Below are positions 41,006 to 51,609 of a stretch of 64,000 nucleotides of DNA, one piece after another. Positions within the stretch are counted from its first letter, which is position 1; every line of letters starts with the position of its first letter. Source of the DNA: an uncultured Alcanivoracaceae bacterium (GTDB lineage: Bacteria; Pseudomonadota; Gammaproteobacteria; Xanthomonadales; Marinicellaceae); contig CAYGTC010000007.1 in NCBI GenBank assembly GCA_964352735.1, forward strand, positions 22,379 through 86,378, written 5' to 3'. Position numbers and translations under genes: made by a program. The notes beneath the pieces are model-generated. The model saw nothing but the letters and a program-made list of their open reading frames with translations, was not told the DNA's origin and did not search any database.

Positions 41006-42196
41006 ATGATTATGTCAAGCAAACAAGCCAATAAATTATCTTCCAATAGCTACTTAGTTGTTGGTGTTGATTTTTGGTTGATGATATCAGCGGCTTGCCT
41101 GGTGGCCATAGGCATCACAATGGTGGCCTCATCTTCATTTGCCATCGCAGAAAAATACAATCACGATGCCTTTTATTATCTGAAAAGGCACCTCATTTTT
41201 TTGACCATCGGCGGTTTACTCAGCTGCATTATATTGGCCATGAAAATGGACTGGATGCAACAACTCAGCCGCATATTTATTGTCATTGCCATCATATTAC
41301 TGATTGCAGTTTTATTTCCCGGCTTTGGCGTTAAAGTGAATGGGGCACGCCGATGGATCAACTTGGGCATTTCTAGATTTCAAGTAGTAGAAGCCGTAAA
41401 GCTTGCGTTGATTGTTTACCTGGCTGGTTACATTGTCAGGCACAAACAAGGATTACAAAATAAATTCTTTGGCGTAATAAAACCATTATTTTTGGCCGTT
41501 TTATTGGCATTTTTATTATTGCTTCAACCAGACTTTGGATCTGCTGTATTACTAATGACCATCACACTATTCATGATTTATATTGCTGGCGCACGTTATC
41601 GTGATTTGACGGTATTGGCCATATTCTCTATTTCATCCATGGCCATACTTGCCAAAGCAGAACCCTATAGAATGCAAAGATTAAATAGTTTCCTTAATCC
41701 ATGGGCCGACCCATTTGATGGTGGTTTCCAGTTGATACAAGCCTTGATTGCCATTGGCAGTGGCAAATTATCAGGAATTGGTATAGGCGGAAGCGTACAA
41801 AAACTGTTTTATTTACCAGAAGCCCATACTGATTTTATTTTTTCTGTTTTTGCTGAAGAGATGGGTTTTATTGGAGTCATTGCATTGATTGCAATTTACA
41901 TCACCTTGATCTGTCGAATTTTTGCCATTGCCAAACAAGCACTTAACAACGGCAAAGAATTTGCTTTTTTTGCTTGCTCAGGTATTGGCGTTTTGATAGC
42001 CTTACAAACTTTTTTAAGCATGGGTGTAAATTTAGGATTATTGCCAACAAAAGGATTAACCTTACCCTTTATCAGCTCTGGTGGCTCGGCAGTGATGATG
42101 AATTTATTAAGCCTGGCCATAGTCATACGGGTTTCCTATGAAAATCGTCGACACAACCTCAAAGCCATTCCCAAAAGCAGTGAGGCAACATCATGA
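41006..42196 (+). CDS. ftsW: peptidoglycan glycosyltransferase / division protein FtsW (SEDS family)
   Basis: 396 aa, a 10-TM SEDS protein with QPDFGSA, LPEAHTDFIF and LPFISSGGSA. It begins 2 nt after the mraY stop. Confidence 0.9.
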   Translation: MIMSSKQANKLSSNSYLVVGVDFWLMISAACLVAIGITMVASSSFAIAEKYNHDAFYYLKRHLIFLTIGGLLSCIILAMKMDWMQQLSRIFIVIAIILLIAVLFPGFGVKVNGARRWINLGISRFQVVEAVKLALIVYLAGYIVRHKQGLQNKFFGVIKPLFLAVLLAFLLLLQPDFGSAVLLMTITLFMIYIAGARYRDLTVLAIFSISSMAILAKAEPYRMQRLNSFLNPWADPFDGGFQLIQALIAIGSGKLSGIGIGGSVQKLFYLPEAHTDFIFSVFAEEMGFIGVIALIAIYITLICRIFAIAKQALNNGKEFAFFACSGIGVLIALQTFLSMGVNLGLLPTKGLTLPFISSGGSAVMMNLLSLAIVIRVSYENRRHNLKAIPKSSEATS

Positions 42197-43239
42197 AAGT
42201 TGCAATCATGGCAGGAGGAACAGGCGGACACATATTTCCAGGCTTAGCCGTAGCAAAAGAATTGAATAAAAGAAATGTACAAGTCGTATGGCTGGGTGCT
42301 GTGGGAGGTATGGAAGAAGAATTGGTTAAAAAACATAACATTCCCATTAAACTTTTAAACATAAAAGGCCTCAGAGGTAAAGGCATCAAAGGATTAATTA
42401 CCATGCCATTTAGATTACTCGGTGCCACATGGAATGCCAGTAAATATTTCAAACAACAACAAGTCAATGCAGTAATCAGCATGGGTGGATATGTGGCCGC
42501 TCCAGGTGGACTAGCAGCCAAATTAAAAAAATTGCCATTGCTGGTGCATGAACAAAACAGTAAATTTGGCATGACCAATAAATACTTGTCAAAGTGGGCA
42601 AAAAAAGTGCTGACCGGCTTTGACTTGAAAGGCTTGTATGGTTCACAATGGGTAGGCAACCCAGTACGAAAAAATATTGAAGAAATGAATATGCGTAACG
42701 ACCAATCCGAGCGCATCAATGTACTGATTATCGGCGGTTCACTAGGGGCCAATGCATTAAATACAATATTGCCACCCCTACTCAAACCGTTATTGAACAA
42801 TAAAAAAATTGCCATTAAACATCAATGCGGTAAAAATAAGCAAGAGCCCACACAACAAGCCTATAACACACATGACCATTTAGAAATCATGCCATTTATT
42901 GATGACATGAGTACCGCTTATGCATGGGCCGACTTCATCATCGCCAGAGCTGGCGCACTGACCATTGCAGAAATCAATGCCACAGCATTACCAGCAATAT
43001 TGATTCCCTACCCTCATGCGGTGGATGATCATCAAACTGAAAATGCCAAAAACATTGTTGACAATGATGCAGGATTTATTTGGCAAGAACATCAAGAAGT
43101 CGCATTATTAAATGAATTCATTACCACCCTTGTGAATGATGAAAAACGTCGAAAAAACATGGCAGTTCAATCACAGAAATTACATAAAAAGGATGCAGCA
43201 GCACAAGTGGCTCAAATATGCATGGAGATGATTAAATGA
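42193..43239 (+). CDS. murG: undecaprenyldiphospho-muramoylpentapeptide beta-N-acetylglucosaminyltransferase
   Basis: 348 aa with GGTGGHIFPGLAVA and the C-terminal RAGALTIAE...Q.EN motif. Confidence 0.95.
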   Translation: MKVAIMAGGTGGHIFPGLAVAKELNKRNVQVVWLGAVGGMEEELVKKHNIPIKLLNIKGLRGKGIKGLITMPFRLLGATWNASKYFKQQQVNAVISMGGYVAAPGGLAAKLKKLPLLVHEQNSKFGMTNKYLSKWAKKVLTGFDLKGLYGSQWVGNPVRKNIEEMNMRNDQSERINVLIIGGSLGANALNTILPPLLKPLLNNKKIAIKHQCGKNKQEPTQQAYNTHDHLEIMPFIDDMSTAYAWADFIIARAGALTIAEINATALPAILIPYPHAVDDHQTENAKNIVDNDAGFIWQEHQEVALLNEFITTLVNDEKRRKNMAVQSQKLHKKDAAAQVAQICMEMIK

Positions 43240-44687
43240 GTTATTTAACTCCCAACAATCGTTTCGTTAACCGCATGCAAAAAATACACCTCATCGGTAT
43301 AGGCGGCAGCGGCATGAGTGGCATTGCAGAAGTTTTGCATAATTTGGGTTTTGCTGTCACAGGATCAGATCTGCATAACAGCGAAGTCGTTAATCGACTG
43401 ATCAATATGGGCATTACAGTTTTCATTGGTCATGATGCTAAAAATATCATTTCTGCTAATGTTGTGGTCATATCTTCTGCCATACCCGAACACAATCCAG
43501 AACTTACAGCTGCGCGCGCACAGAAGAAAGCGATTTTATCACGCGCGGAAATGTTGGCTGAACTCATGCGTTTCAAAATTGGCATTGCTGTTGCAGGAAC
43601 GCATGGTAAAACAACCACTACTTCTTTGATCGCCAGCGTATTGGCTGCTGGTCACTTAGACCCAACTTTTGTTATTGGCGGACTGCTCAACTCTGCAGGA
43701 ACAAATGCTGGACTCGGTACCAGTGAATACTTAGTAGCAGAAGCAGATGAGAGCGATGGCTCTTTTCAACTCCTACAACCTATATTGGCAGTAGTTACCA
43801 ATATTGATGCCGATCATATGCAGACCTTTGAAGGGAAATTTTCATTATTAAAACAGGCATTTGATAATTTTTTACACCACTTGCCTTTTTATGGCGTGGC
43901 CATATTGTGTGTTGATGATGAACATGTAGCAGAACTGGCATCAAGTATTATTCGTCCAACCATAACTTATGGTTTATCCGAAAACGCCATGATCAGGGCA
44001 ATAAATATCACTCACCACAAACAAAACATGTCCTTTGATGTTCAGCAAAATGATACCACAATTGCTGAAAAAATAATCATCAACCTGCCCGGCTTGCATA
44101 ACGTTCAAAATGCCCTAGCTGCAATTGCAATTGGTATTGAGTTGGGAGTAGATATTGCTGACATCAAATCAGGACTTCAACAATTCGCTGGTATAGGAAG
44201 AAGGTTTAATTTAAACAATAATATCAAATGCGCGAAAGGCACTTTTACACTGGTTGATGATTATGCCCATCACCCAACTGAATTAACAGCCGCCATAAAA
44301 GCTTGTCGTGGCGGCTGGGACAACAGATTAGTTGTGGTATTTCAACCACACAGATACAGCAGAACCAGAGACTTGTTCGATGAATTTACCCAAGCGCTCA
44401 ATAATGCAGATGTTTTAGTCATTACTGATGTTTATGCAGCTGGAGAACCCCCCATCTCTGGTTATAGCTCTGGAGACCTATGTCGCAGTATACGTACCAG
44501 AGGAAAAATTGATCCTATATATATCGCAAACATCAACAACCTCAACAAAGACCTGGATAACATCATTAACAATGATGACTTGGTGTTAGTTGTTGGTGCA
44601 GGTAGCATTGGCCAAGTCAGTCAAAATATCATAAAAAACAAAGGACTGATTCACAATGATGAAGAAAATGGAGTTGAAAAAAAATGA
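43236..44687 (+). CDS. murC: UDP-N-acetylmuramate--L-alanine ligase
   Basis: 483 aa with HLIGIGGSGMSGIAE and P-loop AGTHGKTTT. Confidence 0.95.
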   Translation: MSYLTPNNRFVNRMQKIHLIGIGGSGMSGIAEVLHNLGFAVTGSDLHNSEVVNRLINMGITVFIGHDAKNIISANVVVISSAIPEHNPELTAARAQKKAILSRAEMLAELMRFKIGIAVAGTHGKTTTTSLIASVLAAGHLDPTFVIGGLLNSAGTNAGLGTSEYLVAEADESDGSFQLLQPILAVVTNIDADHMQTFEGKFSLLKQAFDNFLHHLPFYGVAILCVDDEHVAELASSIIRPTITYGLSENAMIRAINITHHKQNMSFDVQQNDTTIAEKIIINLPGLHNVQNALAAIAIGIELGVDIADIKSGLQQFAGIGRRFNLNNNIKCAKGTFTLVDDYAHHPTELTAAIKACRGGWDNRLVVVFQPHRYSRTRDLFDEFTQALNNADVLVITDVYAAGEPPISGYSSGDLCRSIRTRGKIDPIYIANINNLNKDLDNIINNDDLVLVVGAGSIGQVSQNIIKNKGLIHNDEENGVEKK

Positions 44688-45607
44688 ACTTTACTGATTT
44701 ATCTATTGCCGTTATTATGGGAGGACAATCTGCTGAAAGAGCCGTGTCTTTGCGCTCAGGTCAAGCCATTGTTAACGCATTGAAAGCACAAAAAATTCAA
44801 GTAACAGCCATTGATGGTATTGATCAGTTATTACACAGCTCATATCATGAATTTGATGCTGTATTTAATATTTTGCACGGTGAAGCTGGTGAGAATGGCC
44901 AGTTAGCAAGTTTATTATCTTCATTGAAAATAAATTATACAGGCTGCGATGTAACTGGAGCAGTACTGAGTTGGAATAAAGACATAGCAAAAACACTGGT
45001 CGCTGCGAAGGGTATAAAAACACCACATGCGCAAATATTAACCAATGCAGAAAAACTTGTCATTAAAAATGATGGGCCATGGATAGTAAAACCAACAAAA
45101 GAAGGTTCAAGCGTTGGTTTATATTATGCCGACAATGAACAAGCATTGAAAAATGCAGTTCAAAATGCCTTGAATGACGTAGACTCAATTTTAGTCGAAG
45201 ATTTTATTGAGGGTACTGAATGCACAGTATCAATAATCAAAGGCAAATCTCTACCTGTAGTAAAAATTAAACCCAGCGAAGGACTGTATGATTATCAAGC
45301 AAAATATGAAAGCGCAGAAACACAATATTTTTGCCCAAGCGGATTTGATGAGCAGACTGAGAAAGCACTACAATCAGATGCTTTAATTGCTTATAACGCG
45401 CTCAAATTAAAGGGTTGGGGTAGAGTCGATTTTATCGTTGACAAACATGGAAATCGTTGGTTTTTAGAGGCAAATACTACACCTGGCATGACGCAAACGA
45501 GTTTGGTTCCCAAAGCTGCTAAAGCATTTGGATGGGATTTCAAAAAACTGGTGTTGGAAATCCTATCGACTGCTTTTCACAATGATGAGGATAAGCATGA
45601 TGTCTAA
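44684..45607 (+). CDS. ddl: D-alanine--D-alanine ligase
   Basis: 307 aa ATP-grasp enzyme with GGQSAERAVSLRSG, EGSSVG and NTTPGMT. Confidence 0.95.
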   Translation: MNFTDLSIAVIMGGQSAERAVSLRSGQAIVNALKAQKIQVTAIDGIDQLLHSSYHEFDAVFNILHGEAGENGQLASLLSSLKINYTGCDVTGAVLSWNKDIAKTLVAAKGIKTPHAQILTNAEKLVIKNDGPWIVKPTKEGSSVGLYYADNEQALKNAVQNALNDVDSILVEDFIEGTECTVSIIKGKSLPVVKIKPSEGLYDYQAKYESAETQYFCPSGFDEQTEKALQSDALIAYNALKLKGWGRVDFIVDKHGNRWFLEANTTPGMTQTSLVPKAAKAFGWDFKKLVLEILSTAFHNDEDKHDV

Positions 45608-46340
45608 AGGTAGCAAATTATCATTATTATTAATATCACTGACCATTCTTTTGATGGCTGCATTGATGTCAGGAATGATTCAATCCGAACATTGGCGCAT
45701 TACAAATATTGTATTAAATGCACAATTTAAACGTGTCAATTCCGAACAAATCAGGGTCAGTGTTGCGTCACACCCGAATCGCTCTTTCTTCAAAGTAAAA
45801 GCAGATGTGATCAGAGAAAAAATCACTCAAATTCCATGGGTACAACAAGTCAGTGTAAACAAAAAGTGGCCAGATAGTTTAATCATTAAAGTGATCGAAC
45901 ATGAAGCCGTTGCTGTTTGGAATGACGACAAATTATTGAATGACAAAGGAGAGATTTTTGAAGTTGATAGCATTGATGACCTCACTGCATTGCCGCACAT
46001 CACTGGTAATGACAACAATTCTCAACATATTTGGGAAAAATACATTCGGTTCAACAACATCATTAAAAACACTGGTTATGATATTCAATCGGCCTCAGTC
46101 AGTAACAGAGGGAGTTGGCAATTAACATTATCAAATGGCATGAGTATGAACTTGGGATCACAACAAATGGATGCTAAATTGGTGAGACTCACAGATACAT
46201 GGACTCAACTGTTAAAACTAAAACAAAAAAGCCCTGATCACATAGACTTAAGATACACCAATGGATTTGTGGTCAAATGGCCACAGCCAATCATTGACCT
46301 AACAGATCAAACCTACATGAAAGGAAAAACTAATGGCTAA
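45597..46340 (+). CDS. ftsQ: cell division protein FtsQ
   Basis: The start is taken at ATG 45597 (MMSKGSKLSLLLISL...). One TM segment plus POTRA-like and FtsQ domains. It lies between ddl and ftsA. Confidence 0.85.
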   Translation: MMSKGSKLSLLLISLTILLMAALMSGMIQSEHWRITNIVLNAQFKRVNSEQIRVSVASHPNRSFFKVKADVIREKITQIPWVQQVSVNKKWPDSLIIKVIEHEAVAVWNDDKLLNDKGEIFEVDSIDDLTALPHITGNDNNSQHIWEKYIRFNNIIKNTGYDIQSASVSNRGSWQLTLSNGMSMNLGSQQMDAKLVRLTDTWTQLLKLKQKSPDHIDLRYTNGFVVKWPQPIIDLTDQTYMKGKTNG

Positions 46341-47556
46341 AAAAATTGATAACAACTTAGTGGTAGGGCTAGACATTGGCACATCAAAAATTGTTGCCAT
46401 AGTTGGAGAGCATCACAAAGATGATTCTTTAGAAGTTGTTGGAATAGGATCATCTCCCTCAAGAGGCTTAAAAAAAGGCGTCGTCGTAGATATTGAATCG
46501 ACGGTTCAATCCATCAGACGAGCTGTAGAAGAAGCAGAATTGATGGCTGGATGTGAGATACAATCGGTTTATGCAGGCATTGCGGGCAGCCATATTAACA
46601 GCATAAACTCTCACGGCATAGTTGCCATAAAAGACAAAGAAGTCAGCGCCAGTGATGTAGAAAAAGTACTTGATGCAGCAAAAGCGGTACCTATTTCTGC
46701 AGATCAAAGAGTTTTACATGTCTTGCCCCAAGAGTACGTCATTGATGGACAAGATGGCATCAGGCACCCAATTGGAATGTCAGGTGTAAGATTAGAGGCC
46801 AGAGTACACTTGATAATTGGATCAGATTCAGCAGCACAAAACATATCCAAATGTGTAGCGCGTTGCGGCCTTAATATCGATCAACTCATAGTTGAACAAC
46901 TCGCTTCATCTGAGTCAGCATTGACCGATGACGAAAAAGAGTTGGGTATTTGCTTGGTGGACATCGGTGCTGGTACTACAGATATTGCAGTTTTCACCAA
47001 TGGCGCAATCAGGCATGCATCTGCCATACCCATTGCTGGTGATCAAGTAACTAATGATATAGCCGTAGCGATGCGCACACCAACACAATATGCAGAAGAA
47101 ATCAAACTTAAGTATGCTTGCGCTTTACGCCAATTGGCTTCAGCAGAAGAAACCATTTCTGTACCCAGTGTTGGAGACAGAGCACCACGAAGATTAGCCA
47201 GACAAACACTGGCTGAAGTCGTCGAGCCTAGGTATGAAGAATTATTCACTTTGGTTCATGCAGAACTACAAAGAAGCGGATATGCCGAATTGATTGCAGC
47301 AGGAATCGTATTAACAGGCGGAGCCTCAAAAATGGAAGGCACTGTTGAATTAGCAGAAGAAATTTTCCATTTACCAGTAAGAATTGGCAAACCACAAAAT
47401 ATTTTAGGGCTAAAAGAAGTGGTCAATAACCCAGTTCATTCAACCGGTGTTGGATTATTACTCTATGGCACAAAAAATGAGCGTCATGGGGATAGCATTA
47501 ATGAATCGCCCAATTGGTTTAGCAGATTCAAAAGATGGTTTTTTTCAGAATTTTAA
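46333..47556 (+). CDS. ftsA: cell division protein FtsA
   Basis: 407 aa, actin-like, with VGLDIGTSKI, DIGAGTTDIAV and LTGGAS. It has a C-terminal amphipathic helix. Confidence 0.96.
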   Translation: MAKKIDNNLVVGLDIGTSKIVAIVGEHHKDDSLEVVGIGSSPSRGLKKGVVVDIESTVQSIRRAVEEAELMAGCEIQSVYAGIAGSHINSINSHGIVAIKDKEVSASDVEKVLDAAKAVPISADQRVLHVLPQEYVIDGQDGIRHPIGMSGVRLEARVHLIIGSDSAAQNISKCVARCGLNIDQLIVEQLASSESALTDDEKELGICLVDIGAGTTDIAVFTNGAIRHASAIPIAGDQVTNDIAVAMRTPTQYAEEIKLKYACALRQLASAEETISVPSVGDRAPRRLARQTLAEVVEPRYEELFTLVHAELQRSGYAELIAAGIVLTGGASKMEGTVELAEEIFHLPVRIGKPQNILGLKEVVNNPVHSTGVGLLLYGTKNERHGDSINESPNWFSRFKRWFFSEF

Positions 47557-47667
47557 TGAAAAAAAATGAGAGATCAATCAAAGATATGAGCATATTTAAA
47601 TAATTAATATGCATAATGATTTACAATAACAATAATTGTTAATTGAAACATTTTCGGAGGTAATAAA

Positions 47668-48846
47668 ATGTTTGAAATTATGGAAACTGACAGCACAGGT
47701 GCTGTAATAAAAGTAATAGGCCTTGGTGGTGGTGGTGGCAACACTGTCCAACAAATGGTCGAAGCCGATATCAACGGCGTAGAATTCATATGTGCCAATA
47801 CAGATGTACAGGCTCTGGATAAAACCAGATGTAAAAACATCATTCGTATTGGTCAGAACGTCACCAAAGGTCTTGGAGCAGGCGCTAACCCTGAAGTAGG
47901 CAGACAAGCCGCTTTAGAAGACAGAGAGCGTATCAAAGAAGTTTTGACTGGCACAGACATGGTATTTATCACAGCCGGCATGGGCGGCGGAACAGGTACT
48001 GGTGCTGCACCTGTAGTTGCACAAATTGCCAAAGAAATGAACATTTTAACCGTAGCTGTTGTAACCAAACCATTCCCATTTGAAGGCAAAAGGCGCATGA
48101 TGGTTGCGGATAAAGGCATCCAAGAACTAGAAGAGCATGTTGACTCATTAATAACCATTCCTAATGGCAAACTACTGACCCATTTCGATCGCGATGTTAC
48201 ATTATTAAATGCCTTCAAAGCATCAAATGACGTATTACACGGTGCTGTACAAGGAATTTCTGATTTAATTACCTGTCCCGGCATGGTTAATGTCGATTTT
48301 GCAGATGTAAAGACTGTTATGTCAGAAATGGGCATGGCCATGATGGGCACAGGCATAGGTAGAGGCGATGACAGAGCCGCAGTAGCCACTGAACTGGCCA
48401 TCAACAGTCCATTGTTAGAAGACATAGACATGCATGGAGCCAAAGGAATATTGGTCAATGTAACCGCTGGCATGGATTTAAGCTTAGGTGAGATTCAAGA
48501 AATTGGAGAAATGGTCGAAGAATACACGTCAGAGACATCTACAGTGGTCATTGGAACAGCCATAGATATGGATCTTGATGGTGAAATTCGCGTAACCGTT
48601 GTGGCCACAGGTCTCAATGGCGGCTTAAATGCAGAAAGAAAAGTCAAATTAGTTCAACCAAAGACACAGGAAAAAGTTGAAATATCTCCATATTACAAGA
48701 GCCCAAGAGCGACAATATCAGCTGGTCAAAATACCGCTCAAAAAATAGAACGTACAGAAGATGAAATCATTAAGGCAGACAAAGATCCAATGATGTCTGA
48801 AGACTATCTTGATATACCCGCCTTTCTACGTAACCAGGCGGATTGA
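47668..48846 (+). CDS. ftsZ: cell division GTPase FtsZ
   Basis: 392 aa with GLGGGGGN, the tubulin signature GMGGGTGTGAAP, and the C-terminal DYLDIPAFLR peptide. Confidence 0.98.
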   Translation: MFEIMETDSTGAVIKVIGLGGGGGNTVQQMVEADINGVEFICANTDVQALDKTRCKNIIRIGQNVTKGLGAGANPEVGRQAALEDRERIKEVLTGTDMVFITAGMGGGTGTGAAPVVAQIAKEMNILTVAVVTKPFPFEGKRRMMVADKGIQELEEHVDSLITIPNGKLLTHFDRDVTLLNAFKASNDVLHGAVQGISDLITCPGMVNVDFADVKTVMSEMGMAMMGTGIGRGDDRAAVATELAINSPLLEDIDMHGAKGILVNVTAGMDLSLGEIQEIGEMVEEYTSETSTVVIGTAIDMDLDGEIRVTVVATGLNGGLNAERKVKLVQPKTQEKVEISPYYKSPRATISAGQNTAQKIERTEDEIIKADKDPMMSEDYLDIPAFLRNQAD

Positions 48847-48882
48847 TATTATACTCAAGAGAAATAATATCGGCCCAACTAT

Positions 48883-48920
48883 AAATCGCAGTCATTTCAC
48901 CTCCGAAATGACTGCGATTT
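48883..48920 (+). terminator. 16-bp perfect hairpin after ftsZ (REP-like or terminator)
   Basis: AAATCGCAGTCATTTC (48883-48898) pairs with GAAATGACTGCGATTT (48905-48920). It shares CATTTCACCTC with the clpA-distal hairpin. Confidence 0.55.
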
Positions 48921-49042
48921 GAATCGTTTGTGGTATAAAACCCACACAACGTTGTGCAAAAACAACTGAGATTTTGTTAATATTAAAAATATGTGATAAG
49001 ATTCTCACTTCTTAGAGTTGTAATAAGTTTCATAATACAAGA

Positions 49043-49948
49043 ATGATAAAACAAAGAACCCTGAAAAACACGGTGAGAGCTACCGGTGTCGGAATACATA
49101 CTGGCAAAAAAGTATACATTACATTAAAACCAGCGCAAATAGACACTGGAATCACCTTCACAAGAACCGATTTATCTCCTTCTGTTACAGTCAAGGCCAA
49201 TGCCAATCTTGTGGGTGACACAAGCATGTCTACCACATTGATCAAAGATGGTGTCAGAGTATCTACTGTCGAACACCTTATGGCAGCATTCAGTGGTATG
49301 GGCATTGATAATTGTGCAGTTGAATTAAGCTCTTCAGAAGTGCCCATTATGGATGGCAGCGCAGGCCCATTTGTTTTTTTGATTCAGTCTGCTGGCATAC
49401 AAGTTCAACAAAAGGCTAAAAAATTTATTAAAATCATCAAGCCTGTAGAAATCAAGCATCAAGATAAAGTTGCAAGATTTACGCCGCATGATGGCTACAA
49501 ACTCAGATTCGATATTGAATTTAAACACCCCGCATTTTCAGACCACACAAAATCAAAAATAATAGACATCAGCACCAATGCTTTTATCAAAGAAATCTCA
49601 CGTGCACGAACATTTGGTTTCATGAGAGACATTGAAATGCTCAGAGAAAACAACTTGGCCATTGGTGGCAGCATGGACAACGCGATTGTTCTTGATGACT
49701 ACAGAGTCCTAAACCAAGACGGCTTACGTTATGAAGACGAATTTGTCAAACATAAAATTTTAGATGCCATCGGTGACATTTATCAATTAGGACACCCAAT
49801 TATTGGTGCTTTCTATGGGTATAAATCAGGTCATGCACTGAACAATCAATTGGCCCGAAAACTTTTAGAACAAACAGACTGTTGGGAACTGGTGACTTAC
49901 GAACACAGAAAGCAAAAAGAAGAAGCACTCTATCCCGTCTTTGCCTGA
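49043..49948 (+). CDS. lpxC: UDP-3-O-acyl-N-acetylglucosamine deacetylase
   Basis: 301 aa with MIKQRTLKN...[15 protein letters not shown] and HKILDAIGD. Confidence 0.96.
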   Translation: MIKQRTLKNTVRATGVGIHTGKKVYITLKPAQIDTGITFTRTDLSPSVTVKANANLVGDTSMSTTLIKDGVRVSTVEHLMAAFSGMGIDNCAVELSSSEVPIMDGSAGPFVFLIQSAGIQVQQKAKKFIKIIKPVEIKHQDKVARFTPHDGYKLRFDIEFKHPAFSDHTKSKIIDISTNAFIKEISRARTFGFMRDIEMLRENNLAIGGSMDNAIVLDDYRVLNQDGLRYEDEFVKHKILDAIGDIYQLGHPIIGAFYGYKSGHALNNQLARKLLEQTDCWELVTYEHRKQKEEALYPVFA

Positions 49949-49974
49949 TAAAGACTAAATATATCACGGTATAG

Positions 49975-50400
49975 TTGATGAATGGCCAACAATCCAAGTT
50001 GCTGATACTACTGATCATAGTGCTTTCTTTGTATGGTTGTCGATCTGGCTTTTCAGATCAACCTAGATTTCAGGCCATTCAAGATTACATTGACAAAAAC
50101 ACCCTGCCCTCTGTTCCTCAGGTCAATGCTTTTGTTTTTCAAGGCTGGGAATCATTGGACAATCGCCATGTAACCATTCTTAGCAATCAAGGAAGAAGTT
50201 ATTTGGTGTCCCTAATCAATTTTTGTAATGATTTAAGCTTCACACAAAATTTGACGCTGAAACAGGCCATCAGTAGCCAGTTAAGCACGCAATTTGATGC
50301 CATCATTGTCAATAAACAACATTGTCGAATCAAATCAATCCATCAAATCAACACCCAACAACGTAATGACTTACTCAATCTTGCAAAAAAGATCCGTTAA
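49975..50400 (+). CDS. hypothetical lipoprotein
   Basis: 141 aa with signal plus lipobox LSLYGC. No recognisable catalytic motif. Confidence 0.55.
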   Translation: MMNGQQSKLLILLIIVLSLYGCRSGFSDQPRFQAIQDYIDKNTLPSVPQVNAFVFQGWESLDNRHVTILSNQGRSYLVSLINFCNDLSFTQNLTLKQAISSQLSTQFDAIIVNKQHCRIKSIHQINTQQRNDLLNLAKKIR

Positions 50401-50612
50401 CCTTATTCACACACTGAGTAAAATTAATACGAACCCCTAATAAAATTGGTTGTCCAACAATGTAAAAATTTGCAATATATCTGTAATCTGTCACAGATAT
50501 ATTTGTATTATTGATATATAATTGGTAATATTATTATGTAAGTGGTGGGTTTACTTGAATTAACTGTCGTAAATATATGTTACAGTTATATTTTTTGGGG
50601 ATTAAGATAGAA

Positions 50613-51440
50613 ATGAAGATTAAATATGTGGCCATTTTTGTTGTTTTTATGCTGAGCGTGAATGATGCTCATGCTGAAGGCAATGGTGTGCTTAATTTTA
50701 ATAATTTCTATACTCCGTATTCAAATAACGCAGGCATCATTAATCCATCTATCAATTTGGCTCCAAATTCAGGCGATGATTGGATAAAAATCAAAAGCAG
50801 TGAAAATAATCTTTTCTCAGTTGCGAAGAATCAAGACCTCACATTTGGTGAAGAACTTGCCATTGCATGGAATTTATCTGATTCATTAAGTGTAAACTTG
50901 AGCGTCTTTGAAAATCAATTGTCAAACAATTATACTGCATCTAATGACCAAGCAGGATTAGCAGGTGTCAACAATAGACTGGGTTTCAACAAAAATTTAG
51001 TGAACAAAAGCATCAATGATTTATCAGCACAGCAGCCGGTATTAGATGCCAATAGGAACTTAACTGGTTATAAACTTGGGATTTCTTCTCAATTAGGACT
51101 GGGCAATGACTATAAGCTCAACATCAATTTTGATTATGGGCAAGTCGAAGGCGCAAACCTTGAAGGCTTTCAAAATCGAGACATCAATACCACTTCATTT
51201 GCTTTAGGTATACGTAAAGCAAAATTTGGCGCATCATTAAACACAGACATGTACTTACAGGAAGACGTTGATTTAATCGACAGATCTCGGTTAGGCCTAG
51301 AGTTTGACTGGCATTTTTCTGATGACACCAGCATTTCTTTTGGCACCAAACAACGGTTGAACAAAAACACCAATCGAGCCAGTACATTAGACAGTATTAC
51401 CGGCAATGTTCAATACATAAAATTCAAGCACAATCTATAA
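50613..51440 (+). CDS. hypothetical secreted / putative outer-membrane beta-barrel protein
   Basis: Signal peptide MKIKYVAIFVVFMLSVNDAHA starts at ATG 50613. The body is N/S/G-rich with alternating-polarity strands (YKLNINFDYG, TSFALGIRKAKFGASLN, LGLEFDWHF). Confidence 0.45.
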   Translation: MKIKYVAIFVVFMLSVNDAHAEGNGVLNFNNFYTPYSNNAGIINPSINLAPNSGDDWIKIKSSENNLFSVAKNQDLTFGEELAIAWNLSDSLSVNLSVFENQLSNNYTASNDQAGLAGVNNRLGFNKNLVNKSINDLSAQQPVLDANRNLTGYKLGISSQLGLGNDYKLNINFDYGQVEGANLEGFQNRDINTTSFALGIRKAKFGASLNTDMYLQEDVDLIDRSRLGLEFDWHFSDDTSISFGTKQRLNKNTNRASTLDSITGNVQYIKFKHNL

Positions 51441-51609
51441 CCACCCCTACTAGATTGTCATAACCCCCGCAAATATTACATGCTTCTCATCTGATTCATA
51501 AGTCACTATTCAAAATCAATTATTTGTTTTATTAACTGACGATCTGATAGTGATTAATCACAGCTTTTGTTATAGTCTAAGTTCTTTAACTGAATAATTT
51601 TTTGATATC

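Noticed and set aside
42159-42815. 218-aa ORF on the minus strand
   Set aside because: It lies entirely antisense to murG, whose product carries clear MurG motifs. Its translation is low-complexity with no recognisable motif. This is a typical shadow ORF.
47853-48473. 206-aa ORF antisense to ftsZ
   Set aside because: It is a shadow frame of the Gly/Ala/Thr-rich ftsZ coding region, and the FtsZ assignment is unambiguous.
51441-51609. thr-operon-style leader peptide or attenuator upstream of thrA
   Set aside because: There is no Thr/Ile-rich mini-ORF and no alternative hairpin set. Only a trivial MLLI* ORF is present.
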